Virus record (IMG/VR): IMGVR_UViG_3300042558_004043
DNA length: 64,000 nucleotides
Source: a virus
Lineage: Duplodnaviria > Caudoviricetes
Direction: 5' to 3' (one strand)
Shown: one piece after another, positions 34,424-43,800 of the stretch
How positions within the stretch are numbered: the first letter of the stretch is position 1
How the letters are laid out: each line of letters opens with the position of its first letter
Made by a program: the position numbers and the translations under genes
The notes under the pieces: model-generated
What the model was told of the DNA's origin: nothing
The model's input: only the letters and a program-made list of their open reading frames with translations
Databases searched by the model: none

Positions 34424-35371
34424 ATGGAGAAGATTTTAGTAGAGAACCCAAATAGGTTTGTTATATTCCCTATCGAACATAACGATATTTGGGAGTTTTA
34501 TAAAATGCATCAGGCGGCGTTTTGGACCGCTGAGGAAGTTGACCTCTCAGGAGATATCCGTGATTGGGAAAACCTTTCAGAAAATGAACAATACTTTGTT
34601 AAGAATGTTCTATCATTCTTCGCAGCATCTGATGGTATTGTTAATGAAAATTTGGCGGAGAATTTCTATCGGGAAGTTCAATATCCTGAGGCAAAGTTCT
34701 TCTACGGAATGCAACTTGCTATGGAAAATATTCATAGTCTTATGTACTCACTTTTGATTGATACCTATGTGTCAAATCCAAAAGAAAAAGATGAGTGTTT
34801 CCACGCAATTGATAGACTTCCCGCGGTTCAGAAGAAGGCTAAATGGGCTTTGGAATGGATTACTAACGCATCATTCCAAGAACGTCTTGTGGCTTTTGCG
34901 GCAGTGGAAGGAATATTCTTTTCAGGTTCATTCTGCTCAATATTTTGGTTGAAATCTAGAGGATTGATGCAAGGTTTGTGTAATGCAAATTCATTAATTT
35001 TTAAAGATGAGAATCTCCACTGTGATTTTGCAATTCATCTTTTGAACAACCACTGTGAGAACAAACCAAGTGAAAAAAGAATTAAAGAGATTCTATTGTC
35101 GGCTTTGGAGATTGAGAAAGAATTTATCACAGAATCACTACCTGTTTCACTTATTGGTATGAACTCCAATTTGATGAAACAATATTTGGAATTCGTGGTT
35201 GATGGTCTACTTGTTAAATTTGGATTTAAAAAACAATTTAATGTCGAACAACCATTTAAATTCATGGAACAAATTGCCGTTGAGACCAAAGGTAACTTCT
35301 TTGAATCAAGAACGGTTGAATACCAAAAAGCAAAGTTGAACGAAACATTGTCCTTTACGGATGACTTTTAA
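34424..35371 (+). CDS. nrdB: Ribonucleotide reductase class Ia beta subunit
   Basis: [45 protein letters not shown]. Confidence 0.95.
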   Translation: MEKILVENPNRFVIFPIEHNDIWEFYKMHQAAFWTAEEVDLSGDIRDWENLSENEQYFVKNVLSFFAASDGIVNENLAENFYREVQYPEAKFFYGMQLAMENIHSLMYSLLIDTYVSNPKEKDECFHAIDRLPAVQKKAKWALEWITNASFQERLVAFAAVEGIFFSGSFCSIFWLKSRGLMQGLCNANSLIFKDENLHCDFAIHLLNNHCENKPSEKRIKEILLSALEIEKEFITESLPVSLIGMNSNLMKQYLEFVVDGLLVKFGFKKQFNVEQPFKFMEQIAVETKGNFFESRTVEYQKAKLNETLSFTDDF

Positions 35372-35390
35372 TTGATTATCTTTATAAACT

Positions 35391-37823
35391 ATGATGTCCT
35401 TAAAAATTAAAAAAAGAGGCGGGGATGACGCGTCGTTTAACCCTCAAAAAATATATAACCGAATTAAACGGTCCGCAAAAGGTTTGAATGTAAATTCAGA
35501 CGAAATCTTTATTAAAGTAATCACTTCGGTACCAACTGAAGGTGAGATTACGACCAAAGATTTGGATAAATTAATCTATGAGATAGCTGCGGCTTATACT
35601 GGTAGTCACCACGATTATTCACGTCTTGCGTCATCTGTTGCAATTTCTTCGTATCATAAAGAAACAAACCCAAGTTTCTCAAATACTATGATGGAACTTT
35701 ACAAAGAAAGAATTGTTAATGAGGAGTTTATCAATATGATTAGCAGTTACGGTCCGTCAAATATTGATGAGGTTATCAATCACGACAATGATTATAACTT
35801 TGATTACTTTGCTTGGAGGTCACTACAAGAGATGTATCTTTTGAAACTTCCAAGTGGTAAGACAATCGAGCGTCCCCAACATATGTACATGCGTGTTGCA
35901 ATTTGGGTAACAAAATCATTTGAACAAGCGGTTGAATACTATAAGTCACTTTCAAGTCAACTTATTTCACCGGCAACTCCAATTATGATTAATGCAGGTA
36001 CAAAGGTCCCACAACTTGCTTCTTGTGTATTACATTACAATGATGCAGATTCTCGAGAAGGTCTTTTGAATACAATGAGAGATATTTCCACATATTCATC
36101 AGACGCTGCGGGTATTGGTCTTTCTATGTCAAATATTCGTAGTAAGGAAAGTCGTATTACATCATCAGGTGGATTTGCCGGTGGTCTTTTGAAATATCTG
36201 AAAATTGTTAATGAATCACTTCGATTCTTTAACCAACAAGGACGCAGACCAGGTTCTGCGGCAATTTACTTAGAGCCGTGGCACAAAGATATTTTTGACC
36301 TTTTGGATATTAAAAAAAATACAGGTGCGGAGGAGTTGAGAGCTCGTGATTTGTTCACCGCACTTTGGATTCCCGATAACTTTATGAATGCGGTTAAGAA
36401 TAACGAGGATTGGTATTTGTTTTGTCCTAACGATATTAAAAAATCAGGAATCAAACCATTACAAGAATGTTTCGGTGATGAATATGAGGAAAATTATAAC
36501 AAAGCCATTAACTTAGGTATTGGTAAAAAAGTTAAAGCTCAGGAAGTTTGGTCAAAAATAATTGAATCCCAAATCGAGACAGGAGTTCCTTATTTGTGTT
36601 CTAAGGATAGTGCAAATAGAAAAACTAATCATTCAAATATTGGGGTGATTAAACAATCAAATCTGTGTAACGAAATTTATCAATACACAGATGAAAATAC
36701 TACGGCAATTTGTACTCTGTCATCTATGGTTTTGAAAAACTTTGTGAAAGATGGGGAATTTAACCACAAACTTTTATATGAGGAGACTCGTAAAGTTGTT
36801 AGAGCCCTTAACAAAGTTGTAGACATTAACAACTACTCAACTGAAAAAGGAAACAAGGGTGGACGTGAACAAAGAGCAATTGCTATTGGAACTCAGGGAC
36901 TTGCTGATGTATTTTATTTGATGGATTATATCTTTACATCTGATGAAGCCAAGAAACTTAACAAAGATATTTTTGAAACAATTTACTTTGCGGCAATTAC
37001 TGAAAGTTGTCGTTTATGTAAGTCAGAAGAATATAAACCATATGATTTCTTTAACGGCTCACCAATGTCAGAAGGGGTATTCCAATTTGATATGTGGGGT
37101 CTGAATGAAGGTGAATTATCAGGAAGATGGGATTGGAATTCATTGAAAGAAGAAGTTAAAAATTATGGTGTTTGTAATTCTTTATTCACTGCTCAAATGC
37201 CTGTGGCGTCATCGGCTAAGATTACAGGTTCATATGAAATGACTGAACCGGCTCACTCGGCTATTTTTAACAGAAGAGTTGTTGGTGGTGAGATTATGAT
37301 TGTCAACAAGTATTTGATTAATGATTTTGAAAAACTCGGCATTTGGTGTGAGGACCTAAAGAATGAGATAATTCTAAACGAAGGTTCAATACAAGGTATT
37401 AATTTCAATAATTACCTAGACCCTGAGGATAAACAATACAATAAAAAAGTTAAAAGAATCGAACACCTGATTCCAAAGTACAAAACAATTTGGGAGATAT
37501 CTCAAAAGGCGTTGATTGAAATGGCTGCTGATAGAGGTCCTTTCATTGACCAATCACAATCAATGAACATTTATATGGGTAACCCATCTTTGTCTAAGAT
37601 TTCATCCTCACATTTCTATAGTTGGGAAAAAGGTTTGAAAACACTTTGTTATTATGTTAGAACAAAGGCAATTTCAACGGGGGCAAAACACTTGGCGGTC
37701 GATATATCAAAAATGTCAAAACCAAATGTTACACCTGAACCACCAAAAGTTGATTATAGTAATATGAATTTACCACCAAAACCGGTAAATTCTGAGTTTG
37801 AATGTTTTGGATGTTCATCATAA
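35391..37823 (+). CDS. nrdA: Ribonucleotide reductase class Ia alpha subunit with N-terminal ATP cone
   Basis: ERPQH, SPATP, QLASC, SNLCNEI, CTLSS, AQMPVASS, YYVRT, C-terminal CFGCSS. No intein or intron interruption seen. Confidence 0.95.
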   Translation: MMSLKIKKRGGDDASFNPQKIYNRIKRSAKGLNVNSDEIFIKVITSVPTEGEITTKDLDKLIYEIAAAYTGSHHDYSRLASSVAISSYHKETNPSFSNTMMELYKERIVNEEFINMISSYGPSNIDEVINHDNDYNFDYFAWRSLQEMYLLKLPSGKTIERPQHMYMRVAIWVTKSFEQAVEYYKSLSSQLISPATPIMINAGTKVPQLASCVLHYNDADSREGLLNTMRDISTYSSDAAGIGLSMSNIRSKESRITSSGGFAGGLLKYLKIVNESLRFFNQQGRRPGSAAIYLEPWHKDIFDLLDIKKNTGAEELRARDLFTALWIPDNFMNAVKNNEDWYLFCPNDIKKSGIKPLQECFGDEYEENYNKAINLGIGKKVKAQEVWSKIIESQIETGVPYLCSKDSANRKTNHSNIGVIKQSNLCNEIYQYTDENTTAICTLSSMVLKNFVKDGEFNHKLLYEETRKVVRALNKVVDINNYSTEKGNKGGREQRAIAIGTQGLADVFYLMDYIFTSDEAKKLNKDIFETIYFAAITESCRLCKSEEYKPYDFFNGSPMSEGVFQFDMWGLNEGELSGRWDWNSLKEEVKNYGVCNSLFTAQMPVASSAKITGSYEMTEPAHSAIFNRRVVGGEIMIVNKYLINDFEKLGIWCEDLKNEIILNEGSIQGINFNNYLDPEDKQYNKKVKRIEHLIPKYKTIWEISQKALIEMAADRGPFIDQSQSMNIYMGNPSLSKISSSHFYSWEKGLKTLCYYVRTKAISTGAKHLAVDISKMSKPNVTPEPPKVDYSNMNLPPKPVNSEFECFGCSS

Positions 37824-37826
37824 AAT

Positions 37827-37852
37827 AAATCCCGAGAAATCGGGATTTTTTA
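37827..37852 (+). terminator. Intrinsic terminator after nrdA
   Basis: AAATCCCGA-GAAA-TCGGGATTT followed by TTT. Confidence 0.8.
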
Positions 37853-37859
37853 TTTAAGA

Positions 37860-37866
37860 TATTTAT
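37860..37866 (+). promoter_or_regulatory. TATTTAT upstream motif
   Basis: GATATTTATT, 4 nt before the ATG at 37871. Confidence 0.45.
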
Positions 37867-37870
37867 TAAT

Positions 37871-38494
37871 ATGGCGATATATAATGAAAATATTGAATTG
37901 TTTAAATGTTTGGTGAGAGTTTCTCACTTTACTAAAAATCCTGAAGATGACAATAAATTCCATAAAGCTTATGCCTTTGCGGTACAGTCTGTTGCGGGAA
38001 AAATCCTAACATTTCACATAATGACCGACTATGGTATGATGAGGTCACGAGTTCCAATATCAGAAATATTCATGAAAGAACCTGAAAAAGATATACCATT
38101 TCATTTCAAACAACTTTGGGATTGTTTTTCTGAAAATGTTACAATAACAACTTATGATTATCTATATGAAAAAAGATGTCAGGTTGTTTTAAGAGATGGG
38201 TCAAAAATTTGGGCGACATACTTAATGACTGTTGATTGGTATAGAAATCCATACTCTGATGAACCATCGGATTATAAGTGCGGTCACATTTTAATCGCTG
38301 ATGATGGATATCTTTTATGCCAACCAAACAATAGAATTTATTGGAAGGATTCCAATTGGATTACAAATAAATTTCCAATAGAACCAAAAGAAATAAAAGT
38401 CGACACTGATTTACCTTCGGTTGAAACATTATCAGATAGATGGGTTGCCGATAATGGTGATTGTTACTATTATAATATAAATGAGATTGAATAG
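37871..38494 (+). CDS. Conserved hypothetical phage protein (207 aa)
   Basis: TDYG...PIS...QLWDCF...YLMTVDW...YKCGH...CQPNNRI.W resembles a hypothetical family I recall from T4-like aquatic phages (unverified). Confidence 0.75.
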   Translation: MAIYNENIELFKCLVRVSHFTKNPEDDNKFHKAYAFAVQSVAGKILTFHIMTDYGMMRSRVPISEIFMKEPEKDIPFHFKQLWDCFSENVTITTYDYLYEKRCQVVLRDGSKIWATYLMTVDWYRNPYSDEPSDYKCGHILIADDGYLLCQPNNRIYWKDSNWITNKFPIEPKEIKVDTDLPSVETLSDRWVADNGDCYYYNINEIE

Positions 38495-38501
38495 TATTTA
38501 T
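38495..38501 (+). promoter_or_regulatory. TATTTAT upstream motif (gp25-like gene)
   Basis: 17 nt before the ATG at 38519. Confidence 0.5.
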
Positions 38502-38518
38502 AATAAAACGTAGATATA

Positions 38519-38965
38519 ATGACATACGGTATAAATTTTCCATTTAGAGATTCATTCAACGGAACTTATTTTGATTTATCAACAACTAATGATGAAGAAA
38601 TAAGAACTGATTTGGTTCACTTATTACTAACCAGAAAAGGAACTAGATATTTTTTACCTGATTTTGGAACTAGATTGTATGAATATCTTTTTGAACCATT
38701 AGATGGACCAACATTTTCAGACATTGAGGCTGAAATAAGAGATACCGTTTCTGAATATATACCTGGTATCACAATAACTAAAATTGACATCAAACCTGCA
38801 TCTAGTGATGATGAGGATAAGGGGTCATATGTTAATGATAATGACGAAAGAGTGTTTAGAGTACCTGGAATTGGGACATTAGAACATACCGCTAAGATAA
38901 AAATTGACTATAAAATAAATAACGATGTTTTTAATGCTAGTGATTTCGTTATTATTAATATTTAA
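38519..38965 (+). CDS. gp25: Baseplate wedge subunit, gp25-like
   Basis: IRTDLVHLLLTRKGTRYFLPDFGTRLYEYLFEP...I..YIP.ITI. Confidence 0.9.
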   Translation: MTYGINFPFRDSFNGTYFDLSTTNDEEIRTDLVHLLLTRKGTRYFLPDFGTRLYEYLFEPLDGPTFSDIEAEIRDTVSEYIPGITITKIDIKPASSDDEDKGSYVNDNDERVFRVPGIGTLEHTAKIKIDYKINNDVFNASDFVIINI

Positions 38966-38970
38966 AGGTT

Positions 38971-40809
38971 ATGGCAAATAAAAAAATATCGTATACTACA
39001 AGAGATTTTCAGTCGATTAGGACTGAGTTAATAAATTTTACACAAACATATTATCCTGATTTAGTAAGTAATTTTAATGACGCTTCAGTTTTTTCTGCGT
39101 TATTGGATTTGAATGCCGCTGTTACAGATAACTTACAGTTTAATATCGATAGAAGTATACAAGAAACAGTACTTCAGTATGCACAACAAAGGTCTTCAAT
39201 CTACAATATTGCTAGAACCTATGGATTAAAAATTCCGGGACAAAGACCTTCTGTTGCGTTAGTTGATTTCTCAATTACAGTACCCGCCTTTGGAGATAAA
39301 GAGGATTTAAGATATTGTGGTATTCTAAGAAGAGGTGCTCAAGTTAATGGAGGGGGACAAGTTTTTGAAACTGTATACGATATTGACTTTTCATCACCAA
39401 TTAGTGGAGACGGGTTTCCTAATAGATTAAAGATTCCTGTATTTGATTCAAATAACAAGTTAATTAATTATACAATAGTAAAAAGAGAAACGGTTGTTAA
39501 TGGAGTTACTAAAGTATTTAAAAAAGTGGTAACACCAAATGACGTTAAACCATTTTTTGAATTGTTTTTACCTGAAAAAAATGTATTAGGAGTTACTAGT
39601 GTTATACTTAAAGACGGAACTCAATACGCTAACATACCTTCGGCTCAAGAATTTTTAAATAACGACATCAGATGGTATGAGGTTAAGGCTTTAATTGAAG
39701 ATAGAGTTTTTGTAGAAGACCCAACTAAAACTTCGGACAGACCGGGTATCAAGGTTGGAAAATATGTGGTAACTAATAATAAATTTATAACTGAATATAC
39801 ACCTGAAGGGTTTTTAAAAATGACTTTCGGAGGAGGTAGTCAATCCGCCGACGAACAATTAAGAGAATTTGCTCGAAATGGATACAAATTAGACCTGTAC
39901 AAATACTCAAATAATTTTGCGTTAGGTAGTACCTTAAAGGCTAATACGACTATGTTTGTTCAGTATAGAATTGGAGGTGGGTCTACTAGTAATTTAGGGG
40001 TGAATGTTATAACACAAATAGGTACGGTTTCATTCTTTGTTAATGGTCCTTCAGAATCTGTAAATAATAATGTTGTGAATTCATTAAGATGTATTAATGT
40101 TACTGCGGCAATAGGAGGGGCGCCCGCGCCAACAACTGAAGAGGTTAGAAACTATGTATCATTTAACTTTGCATCTCAAAATAGGGCGGTTACTGTTAAT
40201 GATTATGAATCGATAATTAGAACTATGCCTTCACAATATGGAGCGCCGGCTAAAGTATCGATAACCGAAGAAAATAATAAGATAAAAATTAAAATGTTAT
40301 CTTATGATGATTCGGGTAAATTAACTGAAATAATATCAAACACTTTAAAAAGTAATGTTGCAAATTATTTGTCAAACTATAGAATGATTAATGATTATAT
40401 CTCAGTTGAGACCGCAAATGTGGTTGATTTATCGTTAACTATTGATGTTGTATTAGACTCAACACAAAACCAAGGGGTTGTGATTTCTTCCATAATAAAT
40501 TTAGTCTCAGATTATTTTGACCCGGCAAATATGCAAATGGGACAGAATGTCAATATATCGGAAATACGTAGACTAATACAAAGCGAAAATGGGGTTCTAT
40601 CAATATCTGACATTTTGGTGTTTAATAAAATTGGAGGACAATATTCATCATCACAAACCTCCCAAAGGTACTTAGATTCAGAGACAAAACAAATCGAATT
40701 GGTGGATGATACAATATTTGCCGAACCAAATCAAATTTATCAAATTAGATTCCCCGGTAAAGATATTAATATCAGAGTTAAGAACCTTTCTACAGTTAAT
40801 TTTTCTTGA
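38971..40809 (+). CDS. gp6: Baseplate wedge subunit, gp6/baseplate J-like
   Basis: RDFQSIRTEL, DRSIQET..QYAQQRSS, AAIGGA..PTTEEVR, QNRAVTVNDY. Confidence 0.85.
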   Translation: MANKKISYTTRDFQSIRTELINFTQTYYPDLVSNFNDASVFSALLDLNAAVTDNLQFNIDRSIQETVLQYAQQRSSIYNIARTYGLKIPGQRPSVALVDFSITVPAFGDKEDLRYCGILRRGAQVNGGGQVFETVYDIDFSSPISGDGFPNRLKIPVFDSNNKLINYTIVKRETVVNGVTKVFKKVVTPNDVKPFFELFLPEKNVLGVTSVILKDGTQYANIPSAQEFLNNDIRWYEVKALIEDRVFVEDPTKTSDRPGIKVGKYVVTNNKFITEYTPEGFLKMTFGGGSQSADEQLREFARNGYKLDLYKYSNNFALGSTLKANTTMFVQYRIGGGSTSNLGVNVITQIGTVSFFVNGPSESVNNNVVNSLRCINVTAAIGGAPAPTTEEVRNYVSFNFASQNRAVTVNDYESIIRTMPSQYGAPAKVSITEENNKIKIKMLSYDDSGKLTEIISNTLKSNVANYLSNYRMINDYISVETANVVDLSLTIDVVLDSTQNQGVVISSIINLVSDYFDPANMQMGQNVNISEIRRLIQSENGVLSISDILVFNKIGGQYSSSQTSQRYLDSETKQIELVDDTIFAEPNQIYQIRFPGKDINIRVKNLSTVNFS

Positions 40810-40862
40810 TAATTTATTTATCTAAATAATGGTCTATCTTTTTTTGAAAATAGCAAATAAAC

Positions 40863-40869
40863 TATTTAT
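40863..40869 (+). promoter_or_regulatory. TATTTAT upstream motif
   Basis: 14 nt before the ATG at 40884; a second copy lies at 40815-40821. Confidence 0.45.
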
Positions 40870-40883
40870 AAAAAAGGTTTTTC

Positions 40884-43800
40884 ATGTCGAAATCATACAG
40901 AATAAGGACTCAAGTTGGAGTTGATAAAGCGGTAAATGTTTTATTAGAACAAGATTTTGAGGCTTTAGAAATTTTATCACTAAAGATACTTCAGAATCAA
41001 ATATACACAAGACAATGTTCTGATTATGGAGTTGTTGTTGGTCGTGTAAGTGCAAATAACGGATTTGGGTTACCAAACGTAAAAGTTTCAATTTTTGTTC
41101 CTCTATCCGATGAAGACGAACTTAATCCAATAATTTCTGAGTTATATCCTTATAAAACACTCAATGATTTAAATGAGGATGGGTATAGGTATAACTTGTT
41201 ACCATATGAAGTTTCTCATGGTGGACACACACCAACAGGTACTTTTCCATCTCGTGAGGATGTTTTGATAAACCAAGGTTTAATTGAAGTTTTTGACAAA
41301 TATTATAAATATACTGCAAAAACAAATGATAGTGGTGATTTTATGTTTTTCGGGGTTCCAATTGGTGCTCAAACACTTCATATGGATGTTGATTTGTCTG
41401 ACATTGGTGAATTTTCATTGTCACCACAGGACCTTATCAGACTAAATTTGGCAACAGAAAATCAAGTAGACGGAACAAAATTTAGGTCATCAACTAATTT
41501 AGGTGAATTACCACAAATTAAACAGGCAAACAGAACTGTGGAAGTTGTTCCACTTTGGGGTCAACCCGAAATTTGTTATTTAGGTATTACAAGGGTTGAT
41601 TTTGATTTATCACAAGAATTTGGTATTAAAATAGAACCTGCTGCTATTTTTATGGGGTCTATATTTTCTAATGTGGATGACAAAATTATTAAAAGAAATT
41701 GTAAGGCTGACCGAAAGTTGGGTAATATGTGTAGTACGATTACCGGTCCTGGTCAAATATTGTCAATAAGACAAACTATAGCCCTTGACAATTTAAGTAG
41801 ACCTGTTTTGGAAACTTTTCCATTAGAAAACGGAGGAAATTGTATTGATGATAACGGAACATGGTTGATTGATTTACCAATGAATTTGGATTACGTCTAC
41901 ACAAGTGAATCGGGAGAAAGACTAATATCTACCGACCCATCAATTGGTATACCAACAAAGTCTAGATATAGATTTAAAGTAAAATGGCAACAACCACCTA
42001 CACTAACAGGTAAAATATTGAGGGGGACTTATTTGGTGCCTAATATTAAAGAATGGGGATGGGAAGAAACGGACAAAGACCCAACTGTAGACCCCCCATC
42101 TTCAATTGGAGAAGTTGTTTTTGGAACTTGTAAAAAACCTGAAGAAATTTTTATAACTTCAGAGCCGTACACGATTGTTAAAGCTTCTTATGCATTTAGT
42201 TTGGATTGGGAAGATTATGGTGCAGGGCCTGATAGGGATATAATGATAAATGAGGCGATAAGATGTGAAGATAGATTTTTTGAATTTTTACATAGTAAAG
42301 TTTATACAGTTTCATCTCTGATAACTGAATTTAGAGCTGCTCCGGATAATGATTTTAGATATTTGGCAATAAAAGATATTTTGAATAGTGAATGTGAATC
42401 CACAACAAATACATTTCCGGCCAATGACGGGCAAAAAAATAATGATATAATTTATCTGTTATTTACATTGTTATTGAACATATTAATTCCTGTAATGTTC
42501 ATAGTAATAATTATTGCCCATATTGTGGCCCTTTTAACCTGTATTGTTTCATGGATACTAGGTGCTTTAAAAATAGTTATATGTGGTATTGCGGATTTTT
42601 TAAATTTGTTGGGTAACATACCCTTGTTAGGTCTACCATTTCAATTAGCTGCAAAACCATTTGAGTTTCTATGTGAACCATTAGAGAATGCTTATGAAAA
42701 AATGAGTGAATTTTGCGGAAGTTTTGGAATAAACCTTCCGGTTATGGTTTATCCTGATTGTGAATTTTGTCCTTGTGAAGACCCAAATGCTGAAATTAAA
42801 CCAACTAACTTGGACTCTTTGGGAATTCCTGGCATGGACGAGGCTTTACAAGCGGCGGGAGGTACTTCAGTCGTACATGATTTCTTTTCAACTACAAAAT
42901 GGGAATGTAATCTAGTTCCACAAAATTGGGTTTGGATTGGGTTATCTGGACAAAATAATGTGGCAACACCAATTGCTGGTGATGATATTAGTAACTATAT
43001 TGGAGCATTACAAACTGGAGGACCTTCATTGGGTGGGTTGACATTTCATAGCCCAATACAACAAAATATAATAGTTGATGACAGTGACCCTAATGGTAAT
43101 GACAATGTTGATGCTTGGAAAATGTTTACAACGAGTATTCCTTTTTTTGAAAGGATAAATCTACTTAATACTAAAGCAAAGTATTTTTCACCAACCTCAA
43201 ACCCTGGAGGGGGAAGGAATAGAATCAGAGTAAAATTCGCGTCCGATAACGCCGCCAATACTGAATTTCACGAAGATAATGTTTTAATATTATTTGTAAA
43301 ACCAAGTCAGTTAGATAATTTTGAATCTGGAAAAATATACACACCTGTGGAAAAAAAATGGTCACAAGATATAAACCTTAATTTACTAACCTTAACTGCT
43401 CAAACACAATTCGGTAATTTAGCTGTAACAGGGACAACCTTGGGAACACCTGTTTTAAATTCTGAAGGTGAAATTACTCATTTTCAAAGAGACATATCTG
43501 TATTCTATGCAAACCCAAATGGTTCAGGTAATCAAGGACCGATAAACTACACAATATCGGCATCAACTGGAGACTTAGAATCGGGAGAAAATTTTTACAA
43601 GTTTCCAAGTGACATAGAATATTTCCAAGTTATTACAGGATTAACCGTATTTGATTACCTCGCATTATGTAACCCCGGTAGCACTGATGAAACTATAAGA
43701 GGTAGAATACTAAGTAGTTATATGGACATAATCCAAGATTTATTTGGAGACTCAAATTTAGTTGGAGACATAACTAATGTCACAAATTTATTTTATAATC

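Noticed and set aside
29380-37823. Inteins, group I introns or homing endonucleases in recA, helicase or nrdAB
   Set aside because: Protein lengths and motif spacing are normal; no intein termini or LAGLIDADG, HNH or GIY-YIG motifs noticed.
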